Shown here: one piece after another, positions 21,470-32,540 of the stretch
Layout: each line of letters begins with the position of its first letter
Numbering within the stretch: position 1 is the stretch's first letter
NCBI GenBank assembly: GCA_002269645.1
Contig: NIVC01001644.1
Coordinates: 1 to 32,540 of the forward strand
DNA from: Macrostomum lignano
Lineage: Eukaryota
Reading direction: 5' to 3'
DNA length: 32,540 nucleotides
Made by a program: the position numbers and the translations under genes
The notes under the pieces: model-generated
The model's input: the letters and a program-made list of their open reading frames with translations, nothing else
Told to the model about the DNA's origin: nothing
Databases searched by the model: none

Positions 21470-22985
21470 TGGCGTCGCAAGCATAAAAGTACTTTCTATT
21501 TTCTACTACCAAAGCAATGGAAGGACTGAGGCCTCCAGAGCCGATGGTTTTCGATACCAATCGAGCAGACAATTGGAGAAGATGGAGCAAAGCGATGGAA
21601 TTTTATATGAAGGCTATAAATAAGACAGACGAAAGCGAGGAGGTTAACATCGCAATACTGCTATCTGCACTTGGAGCAGAAGGCCAAGAAGTGTATTCAA
21701 CATTTCACGCAGAGGAGGTGAATACTTACGACGACGTAATCAAGCAATTCAAGGACTACTGCGAGCCGCTTTGCAACGAAACTTTCGATCGCTACCTGTT
21801 GAGAATCAGAACTAAGGCTGAGTCTGAGGACTTCGATCAGTTCCTTCGACAGCTCGTTACTAGGTGCAATTACGTTCCGGCAATTGCAACTAGTAAGCGA
21901 TGGTAGGTGTCAGCGATCCGGCACTGAAAGAGAGACTTCTGAGAGAGACGAACCTGACTCTCAACCGCGCTATTCAAATGGGTAGGGCTTCAGAGACGTC
22001 AAAGCGACAGGCGAGTTCTCTGACCATAGCTCACGGCAGCCGAGCACCCCTCCTGTGTCTGTTGACGCTCTCCAAGGCCGAACCAAGGCACCAGCTAGAT
22101 CCTCAGGTCCAACTTCAAGGCCTAGCTGTGGCTACTGCTCTATGCAACACGAGCGGAGGAAGTGCCCGGCCTACGGAAAGAAGTGCAGCGGCGGTGGACG
22201 ACTGAAATCCCTTTGCGTCAGCGTACCGGTCTTCCAAGAGGGTCAACGAACTCAAAGACAAAAATCAATATGACAAGCCAGGCTTTGATCAAGAACCAGA
22301 CCCAGCGACAGTAATCACAGTAGAGACACCGGAAGCTGAGCCTCTGCATGGCCACTCAACAATGATGGTGAGTCTGTCAACAGAAGATTCGGGTAAAGCC
22401 CTTCAGTTTATAGTCGACACGGGAGCAGATGTAAATGTAATTCCACTGCGCAGCCTAACCCGTTTTTCTCCATCGGCTAAAATCGAGCCCACCACATGGA
22501 CGCTCACTACATAAAACAGACAGCAGCTAGATGTTGTTGAACTGACATAACCTGACTGTGTCTTCACCATGCCAGAAAAACAAAAGGCTGCAGTTCGTAG
22601 TTGTCGGAGAAAACTCCAACCCAATAATAGGCTGGAGGTCAGCGCTCCACGAGCTAAAACACATCAAGTAGCTTTTTGCCATAGACAAGAGCCAACCTAG
22701 CCTGACCAAGTAGAGAAGTCTCAGATCACTACGAGTTAACTTTTTACAGACTATCCAACCGTTTTCAAGGGTGTTGGGTGCATGAAACAGCAGTAAAGCA
22801 TTCAGTTGACTGAAAATGCCGTCCCAAAAGTCCAGCCATCACGGAAGGTCCCATTTGCTGCCTATCAGCCGCTTAAGTGCGAGCTAGAGCGTCTCGAAAA
22901 AGAAGGAATCATTGTCCAGGTTGATGAACCAACTCAGTGGGTGTCAAACGTCACCATTGTTTAAAAGAGGGACGGCTCGATGCGT

Positions 22986-24155
22986 TGTAGTGTGAGCATC
23001 TTTTGTGTATTCTATTAGCTGGTTTCTATATTGTTGTTAATAATAATTATTTTTCTTTAATTTAGTCACGCGGTCTGATGTGCTTTTTCTTGTTAGTTAG
23101 AGTCTAAATTTTTGCGTAAACAGGTTAGAAGTCAGACACCAAATGTGACTCAGTGGAGGGTTGAAGTTTCTGCAAACCCCAGCTTTGCGCGGCCAGCCAA
23201 TCAAGATCGGTCTGGACCCTGGCACACGGCAAAATCCAACTCTACCCGGCGCCGCGGGCACAGTGCAACTCAGCTTAGCGAGCGCCGGCCAGACGACCAC
23301 CACCCGGCTTGAGGGGGGTTTGAGGGGTCTGAAAATGATTATATATGAAAGTGTGTTTGGCGGTCGGATCTCACTTCTGTTTTTTTGCCCTTGGTTTTGT
23401 TCCAACTTCCCGGCCGTTTTGCCCTATTTTGGTTTCGCGCTTTGAGGCGCTCGATTTCGTCACCCCGGTCCGTGTTTCACTCCCTGCCCGACCGCTTCAG
23501 TCTTGTAGCGTAACGTCTCGGCAATCAGTGTCTGAAGTCGTCGCTATTAAGCGTGGTCTAGATAGAGACTGGCGGATTTGATCAAGTACGTGGCCTCGAC
23601 CCCGAGGGCCTCAGTGTCACACTGAAGGGCAGCGCTGATAGAACTTAGTCAGTGCTCCGCTGAACAGTCGATTCGTCAGGGCTCTCGTTCGAGAGTAGGT
23701 TCTGGGTTAGGCCAGTGTTTAGGAATCTTCTCCGTGGTCCTGTTCGGTTTTTCTTCTTCAAGCTGAGATCCACTCGCCAGTGCGTTATCTATTTAATTAA
23801 TTATTATCATCGTTATTGTTCATTATCGGTGCTCGAAATTTAATTGCGTTGCAAAATTGTAGTAAGGATTTTAACCAACTTGAAGTCATTTAATTAAATC
23901 GTCTGAGTCCATTACTCATTAGCTATTCTTACTAGGATTATCACTCTCTAAATCTATTCGGATCGTGTTCACCTGTGTTCTTCCTTTTCTTGTACCGTAC
24001 TGCGACTATTGGAGAAAGATTGGTAGAACTCGCCGACCGGCGATAGGCAAGTAGGCCAATAGTTTTAAAATCTCTGAACGCTCCAAAAATAGGTTTGTCT
24101 AGGGCCTAAACTATTGCTTATCGTGCATGCTATTTATTTAATTGTATTTATTACA
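22986..24155. mobile_element. Solo LTR (1170 bp) inserted in the RT of element C
   Basis: TGTA...TACA termini. 4-bp TSD GCGT at 22982-22985 and 24156-24159. Removing it rejoins DGSMR-L-(fs)-LDP. No internal gag/pol seen. Confidence 0.85.
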
Positions 24156-26530
24156 GCGTCTTGCCTGGATCCGACATATTTGAATCAGTTCATTGTGCGC
24201 GAGTATCACCCAATCCCAACAGCTGAGGAGGTCCGCATGGCAACTGCTGAAGCCGTTGTATTTAGCACACTCGACGCAAACGAGAGCTTTCACCAGCTTA
24301 AGCTAGATGAGAAGAGTTCGTTTCTTACCACTTTCCACACTCCGTTTGGTCGATACAGGTGGAAACGTGTGCCGTATGGCCTATCTTTGATCCCAGAAGT
24401 GTTTCAGAAACGCATGGAAGAAATGTTACCAGCCATGTGGAAAACGCAAAAAACTTCTTCGATGATATTATTGTGTGGGACGCACAATCGAGGAGCACGA
24501 TACGGCGGTGCACCAGCTAATGGATCAGTGCAAGCGTGCAAACGTGACGCTGAATCCCAGCAAGGTGAAAGTTGGAGTCCCAGAGCTAAACTATCTAGGG
24601 GACATTCTCGGACCAGATGGACTGAGGGCTGATCCCAGAAGGTTAAAGCGATCAAAGAGATGGCAAGACCCGATTCTCTTGAAGGCGTGACAGCAAAGAA
24701 AGAACAGCTGAGGCGGTTTCTTGGCTGCGTCACGTACTTGGCCAGATTCTGCCCACACTTGTCTGCCACTGCAGAGCCACTGAGACACCTGCTCAAGAAA
24801 GAGGTTATATGGAGCTGGTGGATCAACACGACCAAGCGTATGATGAGATCGTCGCAAAACTATGCTCAAGCCGATTGTTAGCCACGTTTGACACCAACAA
24901 GCCTGTCACAGTCTCAGTTAAGGCAAGCAAGAGTGGCATCGGCGCAGTGCTGCTTCAAGAGGATCGCCCCGTCGAATACGCGTCCTCGGCTATGACAAGT
25001 GCTCAGCGCGCGTACGCGCAGATTGAGAAAGAGCTTTTGGCCATCGTCGATGGTTGCAAAAAATCCATCGTTATATCTGGGGTCGTGCGGTGCGAGTGCA
25101 AAGCGATCACAAGCCACTTGAATCGATCTTTAAAAAGGCTTTGTGCGAAACTACTCCTCGAATTCAGCGACTCCTGCTTCAGTTGCAGCCTTATGACATC
25201 CGCGTGAAGTACACGCCCTCAAGACCTTTATGTAGCCGACACTTTAAGTCGAGCTCACGGTGCAGCTGATCTTCTCACTATTCAGCTTGAGACTGCGCTT
25301 GACGGTCAAGTTTTATCGGTGGAACGCTGCTTTAGTGGTGATCGAGAAATCTTGCAGATGATAAAGACTGCGACAGCAGAAGATGCGACTAGTGAGCGGT
25401 TGAGTACTGTCATCCAGGAGGGTTGGCCAGAGCATCGGTCGAAGTTGGCAGAAGATCTGAAGCCTTTTTGGGATATCCGAAATGACTTGATGTACGCCTC
25501 TGGTCTTCTATGCCTGAAGAACCGTATTCATGTCCCAAACGGCCACGCCCGGAAATCAGTGCTCAAAATTCTACATGCGGGGCACCCTGGCATCGTGAAA
25601 ATAGACTTGAAGGCCAAGGACTATTTCTACTGGCCAGGAATGCAGAACTGCGTAGAGCAGGTCGTTAGTGAACGTGAGTCGTGCTAGCGGAATATGAGGA
25701 CTCAGTCCAAAGAAACGCTGATATCTGTGAATATGCCGGATTTTCCGTTTCAAATTTGTTCGACGGACCTATGAGTTCACTGGTGGATCCTACTTGGTGT
25801 ACGTTGACTCCCACAGCCGCTGGATCAGTGTCACACGGATGAGATCAACCACAAGCTTGGCTGTGGCGAATGTGATACGGGATCATTTTCAAAGCTTTGG
25901 AGTGCCAGAGAAGCCAGTCAGTGATGGAGGCCCGCAGTTTTCTGCTCGCGAGTTTCGACAGACAATGGCTGAATTCAAGGTGGAGCACCTCACCTCGAGT
26001 CCAACGTACCCGCAGTCGAATGGGAGAGCCGAGCGCTACGTACAGACAGCGAAAAACATGTTGAAGAAATGCTCCGAGACAGGCCAAAGTCTGGAGTTGG
26101 CACTGTTTCACTACCGCAACACTCCGGTCTGCAGCGGCTTTCCAAGCCAGGCGGAGATGGCATTCGGCCGTAAGCTTCGCTGTGACCTGCCAGCGACTGT
26201 CAAGGACTTGTGGCCAAAGGAAATTCATTTTCACTCTTGCATTGAGGCTTTTGAAAAAGAGCGCATTAGAGCAGCGCAGCTGTACAATCGCGGAGCTCGA
26301 CCGTTGCAGAAACTAGCAGCTGGGTATCTGGTGTGGTTACAACTCGTTCGGTGCGAGTGGGTGGCAGCTGAGATTGATAGCGAGTGCGAGAACTCCCAAG
26401 GTCGTACTGGGTTCGAACTGAGACTGGACAGTTGCTCAGACGGAACCGTCGCTTCATCAGGCCTCGGAGGATTGGTGTGACAGTCGGTGATTTCCAACAG
26501 AGCAGCGAAGAGGACGATCAGGGAGATTGT

Positions 26531-26575
26531 CAGCCGGCCTCCGTGCAGCCGGCCTCCGTGCAGCCGGCCCCCGTG
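26531..26575 (+). repeat. 15-bp x3 tandem repeat in the integrase C-terminal tail
   Basis: CAGCCGGCCTCCGTG twice plus CAGCCGGCCCCCGTG (QPASV QPASV QPAPV). Confidence 0.9.
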
Positions 26576-26821
26576 CAGCGAGATGGGCCGTATCGGACTA
26601 TGCGTGGCCGAGCTGTCAAGACTCCTGAGTACTACCAGGCAGTCTAAATACTGCAATTTGCTGGTGACTGTCACTTGATGTAGCAGTTATTCTTGTGCTA
26701 ACTTAAACTTTTTTAAGCATCTAAAAAATACCAGCTTTTAGCATTCGACAATAATATTTTCGTAACCCGGGTTGGTTTGGGTGCCCAGTCCCGAGTACAA
26801 TATATATTATACGTGATATAA

Positions 26822-27206
26822 CAGGCGTTGTGACGCTCTGTCTGTACTTTTATGGATAAGAGCAGGCGTGACGACGCTCTGCGATAATAGTTCGATCCCT
26901 ATGGTGTTGTGACACTCAGAGTTCACGCTGCGGCTCGAGGTGTGGTGACACTCTCGAGTGCTTCTAGTCTCGATACTGTAGGTTGTACACACTATAATAG
27001 AGTAGACGGCACAGTACTACAAAAAGCTATATGATCTCCCGGCGTTATGACGCTCTGGCAAGAACTCAGCCTAACAAGCTCCCAGAAAAGAACGAACTCA
27101 AGCAGCAGGCGGCTTACCAGTGGCCAAATCGCCGTTACGTTTATTGATTCGCTCGTTGTACAGTGGCCAAATCGCCGTTCTCACGTCTATTGGTTTGCTC
27201 GTTGGT
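26822..27206. repeat. Repeat-rich noncoding segment, possibly an LTR of another element
   Basis: Five variants of GYGT(T/G)(G/A)TGAC(G/A)CTC plus a ~45-bp tandem duplication starting CAGTGGCCAAATCGCCGTT (27118 and 27161). Confidence 0.55.
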
Positions 27207-27479
27207 CAGTGCAGGTTCTGAATTCTCCAAAGCTCTTCTTAAGGCTCTTGTGTTTCTTTTCTCGCTGTATTCAATAACTACGCTCGTAGTATTGCTGTTT
27301 ATACGTCGAGTCCTGCACTTGTACTCTCCAAGCACACCAAAACAGAAAAACACAAACAGCACAAACCGGGACAAAGGGCAGGAGCGAGACCCAGAGCCGC
27401 AATAAATAATAACCAAACCCTGGGGCCGATGGCCCCACCGGCTAAGCCCACCAAAACAAACTACCCCAACCTCTTGTGC

Positions 27480-28587
27480 TGACATCATCAAGACTCTCCG
27501 GGAGCATTTTAACCCCAAGCCCTGGAAGGTGGTGGAAAGGTTCAATTTCTACCGACGCAATCAGCACGAGGGCGAGAGCATCAGCGAATATCTGGCGCAA
27601 CTGCGAAAATTGGCGACGAATTGCTAGTTCGGTGTATTCCTGGATGAAGCACTGAGGGACAAGTTGGTGACCGGCTCCGTAATTCGCAGATTCAGAGACG
27701 CCTGCTCCAAGAAGAGGACGACGACTCGCTGAGCAACATCTTCAAGATTGCGGTCATGATGGAGACAGCGGAGAAAGGAACAGACGTCATCAGCAAGGCA
27801 GGGTTACCAAGTCACGACGTCAAGCACGTGAAGGTAGCCGAAACACTGAATCCTCGTGATCGAGCCTGCTTCCGTTGCGGCTGCCAGTCTCACTGGGCGG
27901 CAGGTCCCCACCGGACTCACCAGTGCACAAAGTGCAAGAAGTTCGGACATCACCAAGATGCCTGTCGGACTAAGGGGGCAGAGAAGAGTCAACCAACCAG
28001 GAAACCTTCTCGACTTCCGCCGCGGATACGCTTCGGGAAAGCCAAATACGTCGGTACTGAAGGCGCATGTGGAGCCCAAGAAGAGGGACGCTCAGACAGC
28101 GACAGCAGTCACGATTTCATTGGCAGCGTCAACGAGCATCAAGCAATTCCCAGAAAGTGCAAGCCTTACATCATCACCCTGAAGGTCAATAGCACGCCAG
28201 TGACCTTTGACATTTATACCGGAGCTAGCCAAACCATCATCAACGAAGCCACAAGCAGGAAGCTGGAATTAAAGCTTCGGAAATCCGAAGTCTGTCTGTG
28301 GAGCTACACCAATGACCGGATCAAAGTCCATGGTGAGTGTATTGTAACAGTGCAGACAACGCATCACGAGTTTGAGCTACCGGTGATTGTTGCTGGCGGG
28401 AACGGCGCAAACCTCCTGGGAAGAAACTGACTCGAAAGAATTGGCTTCGACTGGCAAATTGTTTCTGAGTTCAAGCAATCAACGGACAGCGACCAAGAAC
28501 TGCAGCGCATTCTTGACTAGCACAAATACGTTTTTCGAGAGCAATTAGGTCAAATTAAAGGGTTTAAGGCACGACTCCAGGTAAAAG
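27480..28587 (+). mobile_element. Gypsy element D fragment: gag with two CCHC knuckles and inactivated protease
   Basis: LREHFNPKPWKVVERFNFYRRNQHEGESISEYLAQLRKLA.NC; CFRCG..H and CTKCKKFGHHQDAC; FDIYTGAS (DTG mutated to YTG); LLGRN. Confidence 0.87.
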
Positions 28588-28736
28588 GTCCGTCAGTGAT
28601 CGATTCTAACTTTTAAGCTTATTCTATTCGCTTTGCAATACTTTGCTCGTTTCAAATATACGAGCTACAATTTCGCACTTGACTCAAACCAAGCCTATGG
28701 GCAGCTTTGTCATCGTTTACTGGGCGCGACTTGACA
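28588..28736 (+). repeat. Second, diverged copy of the element A LTR segment
   Basis: Starts GTCCGTCAGTGATCGATTCTAA and ends GTTTACTGGGCGCGACTTGACA, as 13126-13305 does. Has a ~40-bp deletion and several substitutions. Confidence 0.85.
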
Positions 28737-28977
28737 ACAATTAGATTAGATTCGACCTAGCCTACTATCAGTAGTAGTTACACGCACATAACATCTGACC
28801 GTCATTATCGACTCCTATTGGCTGAGGCCCCCTTTAGATAGGATGTGCTCAGCTAATCCACAAATCCGAGATACTCTAGGCCAGTCCCTCTCCGCCGCGC
28901 CTCGACAGCTTTCTCAGCGCCTCTCGCCTCACAAATTGAGACGCCGCTCGCACTGGGAAGGATAGCCAGCCGTTGCA

Positions 28978-29054
28978 ATGCAGGGACTCAAGGACCAGGT
29001 GTTGGAGCCCGGGTGGAAGGACCAGACCAAGTCGTCCATAGCGGCTCTGAGGAG
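28978..29054 (+). CDS. Putative first coding exon of an unidentified gene
   Basis: ATG...MQGLKDQVLEPGWKDQTKSSIAALR with strongly G/C-ending codons, a consensus donor AG|GTGAGT at 29054/29055 and an upstream ATTGGCTG box near 28818. Not recognised; downstream exons unresolved. Confidence 0.35.
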
Positions 29055-32000
29055 GTGAGTTCTCGAATTTAAATCTGAACGGTGTGATGGGCTCGCTTGA
29101 ACACCGCTTTCTAAGCCCCTTAAAACCTCAATTTGGCGCTCCTAATCAATGGCATGGCACCAATGATAAATGCCAGTGCACCATAAATTACGATAACTTT
29201 GACAGCACGAATGGCCAAAGTACAGGCTCATGATTTCGCTATCTCTAAGAGCCGTAAGAAAGTGGGAACTATACGAAAATGTTTTTTAACCTTACCGGAT
29301 AGTTTATATAAATTCATGCAGAGGCAGATAAAAATGATGAAATGGATCCATAAAGCCTTTTGTGTCTTTCGCTGCATTAAAACAGTTGTATTTCCTTTAT
29401 TTCTTCAGCTATGAAAACATGCATACATATATGTAGTTTTTTAGCATGCCTTACGTAGCATTCCACGTATTCCCCATGGTAGACTCTCTGTGGCAGACTT
29501 TTCTTAGCACGATGCAGTACACGAAAAAATATTGCAATAAGACTTGCGAGCTACTTGCCTGCAGAACCCTATGAGGTATCAATTTGGATCCAACTTAGTT
29601 ACTGGCATGGCAGCATTGAGGTGCTAGGATTGTCAAACTGCCCACCACCGGGCAGATTTTGCTCTGAAGATTGGCCGCTTGCTGCAATGATACACCCAGC
29701 ATTACAACAGCTGGCCAGCATATGCACCGATTCTGCTGGGCCAGTCTAGCACAGCGCTGAGCAGCAGTGTGATCTTGGACAGTTCAGAGGTGGTTTTGCA
29801 TATCAGGCCACCATAGAAAACTGCATTCAACGTAAAAAAAAACTACAGGATAAGCACATTTGGCTGCGTTTTTTGGCTAAAAAGGCTTTATTGTGTCATC
29901 CCTGGGCCGCCAAAGTAATTGAGTGGTAAATTCAGCTCAGCATCATCATTTCATCCTGCTGTGATTGGGTTGCAGGTCAGAGCTGCGGTAGAATTATAGG
30001 ATTCGAGTTGTGATGACACCCATACAGTTGCAGCGCTGTACATCCTGTACGTACCTCGAAAATAATGCACGACCCAATGATTTCTCATATTGGAGCAAGT
30101 AGAGGAGTGATATTAAAACTGTGACAGTGGCAATAGTACTGCTCCTGACGCTAAAACCAGCCATCGATCAGTGCGCCTGAGGTGCTCAGCAAGAGTGCAA
30201 AATGATTTCACACGCAACTGGGCTGCCAGTGCCGACAATGCTACCAGCTTCTTTGTCATGAGTGCCTGTGGTCCCAAGGACAGGCATTGTGTCGCGGTGA
30301 TTGATGCAGCAGTCTGCGACATCATTTCCCATGTTGCACAGCTCCTGCTCTAAATCAGCGTTTTTTTCATTTTCCTGAGCGATTTTGATCTGCGCTTTGA
30401 GCTGCAGGGAAATCCTTGGTGGATTGGCAAAGGATGAAGCTGCCGCAGGTACAGCGACGGGAGGCTCCTACCGAGCGTGAAATTGAGAAGCCTCCAAAGC
30501 AGCCCACAAAAGCTGCCTCTGAAGGCTTCCCTCCTGCTCTGAGCGCTCTAGCAGGGGGAGATGGGCAGCATCTGACTCGGAAGCCCCGCTTCACCGTCCT
30601 TCAATTTCCGAGCTTTGAGCGCTTTGAGGAATTTCTGGGAAAAATCCCGCGAGAATCGAGCGCGCCATGTCACGCTACATTCGCCGCTCGCTATCAGATG
30701 GCTGGCCGGACAAAGGGACCAAGGCAGGGCTGCGACCGCTTTCACTGCCTGCTGCAAGGCTGCATGGGAACAGCAATTAGCAATAGCCAGGTACTCGGGA
30801 AGTGATTCATCATCCAGTCAGAAAAGCCGGAGCTCAGTTTCCACGGTTTTCATTGCATTGCCTTTGTTTGGAGATCCGTTAATCCGGGCCTCAAGCTGGG
30901 GCGGTGACTGCAGAGGTCTTGGCTTATCCGAGCGGGAGTCGGGCGAAGCTCAGGTGCTGGGGCTGCGGCGCCGCGTTTGCGGGTCTCTGGATTATCCTTT
31001 GAAACTCGCATCTCCGAGTGAGGTGATAATCCCCGAACGCGCGAGGGATTTGGGATTAGGAGGCCCCCACTGCACTTTTTTGCGCTGACGGCAGCCTCGA
31101 CTCCGGCAAGCTCGAGCCCAGTTTCTAACTCCCATCTCCCTCCGCTCACCTTATACTTGCAACTCATTAATCTGCTTGGGCGAGGAAATTTGATTCTCTT
31201 CCATCAGCTTTCCCGGACCGAAATCGCATTGAAGCGGTTTTGTTGTGACAGACAGGCGGGAAGCGGGGAGGCGCCGCGTCAACTGCCCGCCTTTAGCGAA
31301 TTCGCCCACTCGGCTGGAAATAAAAAATGCGAGAGAAAACCGTCATAAGTTATTTGCGCGATAAGCCAAATCTGATTTGCCCCAACCTCCTCACGCGAAA
31401 CTCTCGCACAGACTGATAGGAGTTCGAATCCCAGACTGGGATGCAGAGAGCCATCCCATCTTCCAGCTCAGGTCTCAAAAGTCCCCGGCTCAGGCTGAGT
31501 CACTGGGCAAGCAAATCTTAAATGGCATCTCCAAGGGTCTGCGGGCCCGCTTGTGACAGGCCGCTCCCAGCCATTATTCTCCTATTTCATGCGCTCTCCT
31601 CAGCGGTCTGCAAATCCATTTTCCTACCCTGCAGCGGGAGCCATCTCCACTCTTGCCAAAATAGGCTGAGTACCCTGCTTTCACTGACCTAACCCGCTTG
31701 AGTTTCGGAGTTACTCTCATGCACACGGCAGGGCCTTCCTGTCATTCTTCTCTTCCGACTCCCGCAGCACTTCTACCCTTTTGCCTTTTCAACATAATTT
31801 GCTTAAATTTGAAGTACTCAAAGCCGTCTCAAAAAGTGAGCAGGAACTCCCCGTCCTTCATGACAGCCGCGTGTAAAGAAAATAGCCAAGGGATCTGACC
31901 GAGTGCGAGTACCTGAGAAATGGGATTGGAGAGCCGACAAATTAAATTTGTGTGCCGCGGCCGTTGCTCCAAGACAGCGGCTTTGAAGACAATCAGCTTT

Positions 32001-32146
32001 GACAGCCGCTCCTGCCCAGCCTCTGGTGTCCGAAAACTCGACACAAATTCGTCGGATGGCGCCTTCTTCCCAGGCGGGCCTCTGCAGCGGATGGGAGAAG
32101 AATGCCCGCGCGAATTTCTAAAAGAGATTTGCAAATCACTCCGGGG

Positions 32147-32540
32147 CAGATTCCTCCAGGACTGATTCTTTCTGGACTGATTCTTTCTCGACTGATTTCT
32201 CTGGACTGATTTTTCTGCACTGATTTCTCTGGGAATGATTTTTTCTGCACTGATTTCTCCGGAACTGATTGCTCTGGATGAATGCTCCAGGACTGATTTC
32301 TCCGGAACTGATTGCTCTGGGATGAATGCTCCAGGACTGATTTCTCCGGAACTGATTGCTCTGGGATGAATGCTCCAGGACTGATCTCTCCGGAACTGAT
32401 TGCTCTGGATGAATGCTCCAGGACTGATTTCTCCGGAACTGATTGCTCTGGATGAATGCTCCAGGACTGATTTCTCCGGAAACTGATTGCTCTGGGATGA
32501 ATGCTCCAGGACTGATTTCTCGCGAACTGATTGCTCTGGG
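32147..32540. repeat. Satellite: 14-15-bp monomers forming a 43-45-bp higher-order unit; continues beyond the window
   Basis: Unit CTGATTTCTCCGGAA-CTGATTGCTCTGG(G)A-TGAATGCTCCAGGA starting at 32250, 32293, 32337, 32381, 32424, 32467, 32512. Degenerate monomers at 32147-32249. Confidence 0.95.

Larger units (their letters stand above)
21283..26650 (+). mobile_element. Gypsy (Mag-like) element C: gag, protease, RT, RNase H, integrase; decayed; no matching 3' LTR found
   Basis: gag MEGLRPPEPMVFDTNRADNWRRW; VDTGADVN; LDANESFHQL, FHTPFGRYRWKRVPYG, FFDD; IEKELLA; HAGHPG and SDGGPQF..SNGRAER; C-terminal RGRAVKTPEYY. Many stops and frameshifts. Confidence 0.9.

Noticed and set aside
27421-27444. GC hairpin TGGGGCC-GAT-GGCCCCA followed by CTAA as a Helitron 3' end
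   Set aside because: Spacing is too short, there is no following T and no 5' TC end or Rep/helicase sequence was found
30880-31088. BIR/IAP-like fragments (LRCWGCG, GDNP, PHCTFL)
   Set aside because: Motifs lie in three frames, spacing does not match BIR and the His ligand is missing
31422-31431. tRNA/SINE B-box GTTCGAATCC
   Set aside because: No convincing A-box or cloverleaf upstream; an isolated 10-mer

Overview
Eukaryotic (metazoan) genomic DNA; no prokaryotic features. 1.6-8.0 kb holds a four-exon RBM24/RBM38 (SUP-12/SEB-4 family) RRM gene on the + strand. It has a triple CCAAT promoter, family-conserved intron positions, a 27-bp x10 intronic minisatellite and an apparent 1-nt frameshift in exon 3. 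9.4-12.9 kb is a near-complete PIF/Harbinger DNA transposon (TIRs, MADF-BESS gene, convergent DDE transposase split by a 305-bp segment). 13.1-28.7 kb is a continuous nest of decayed retroelements: several Ty3/Gypsy pieces, an I-group LINE carrying an RTE insert and a ~60-bp telomeric-repeat-tailed insert, an RNase H-bearing LOA/R1-type LINE with a 12-bp TSD, and a 1170-bp solo LTR with a 4-bp TSD. After that come a probable first coding exon of an unidentified gene (~29.0 kb) and a 43-45-bp satellite running off the window end. Frameshifts and length changes cluster at homopolymers, so some may be long-read assembly errors. I found no clearly new biological system. The best leads are the atypical Harbinger junctions and interruption, the stem-loop plus (CCCTAA)n-tailed insert, and a primer-binding site shared by two unrelated LTRs. 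All coordinates and alignments were made by eye; no database search was run.
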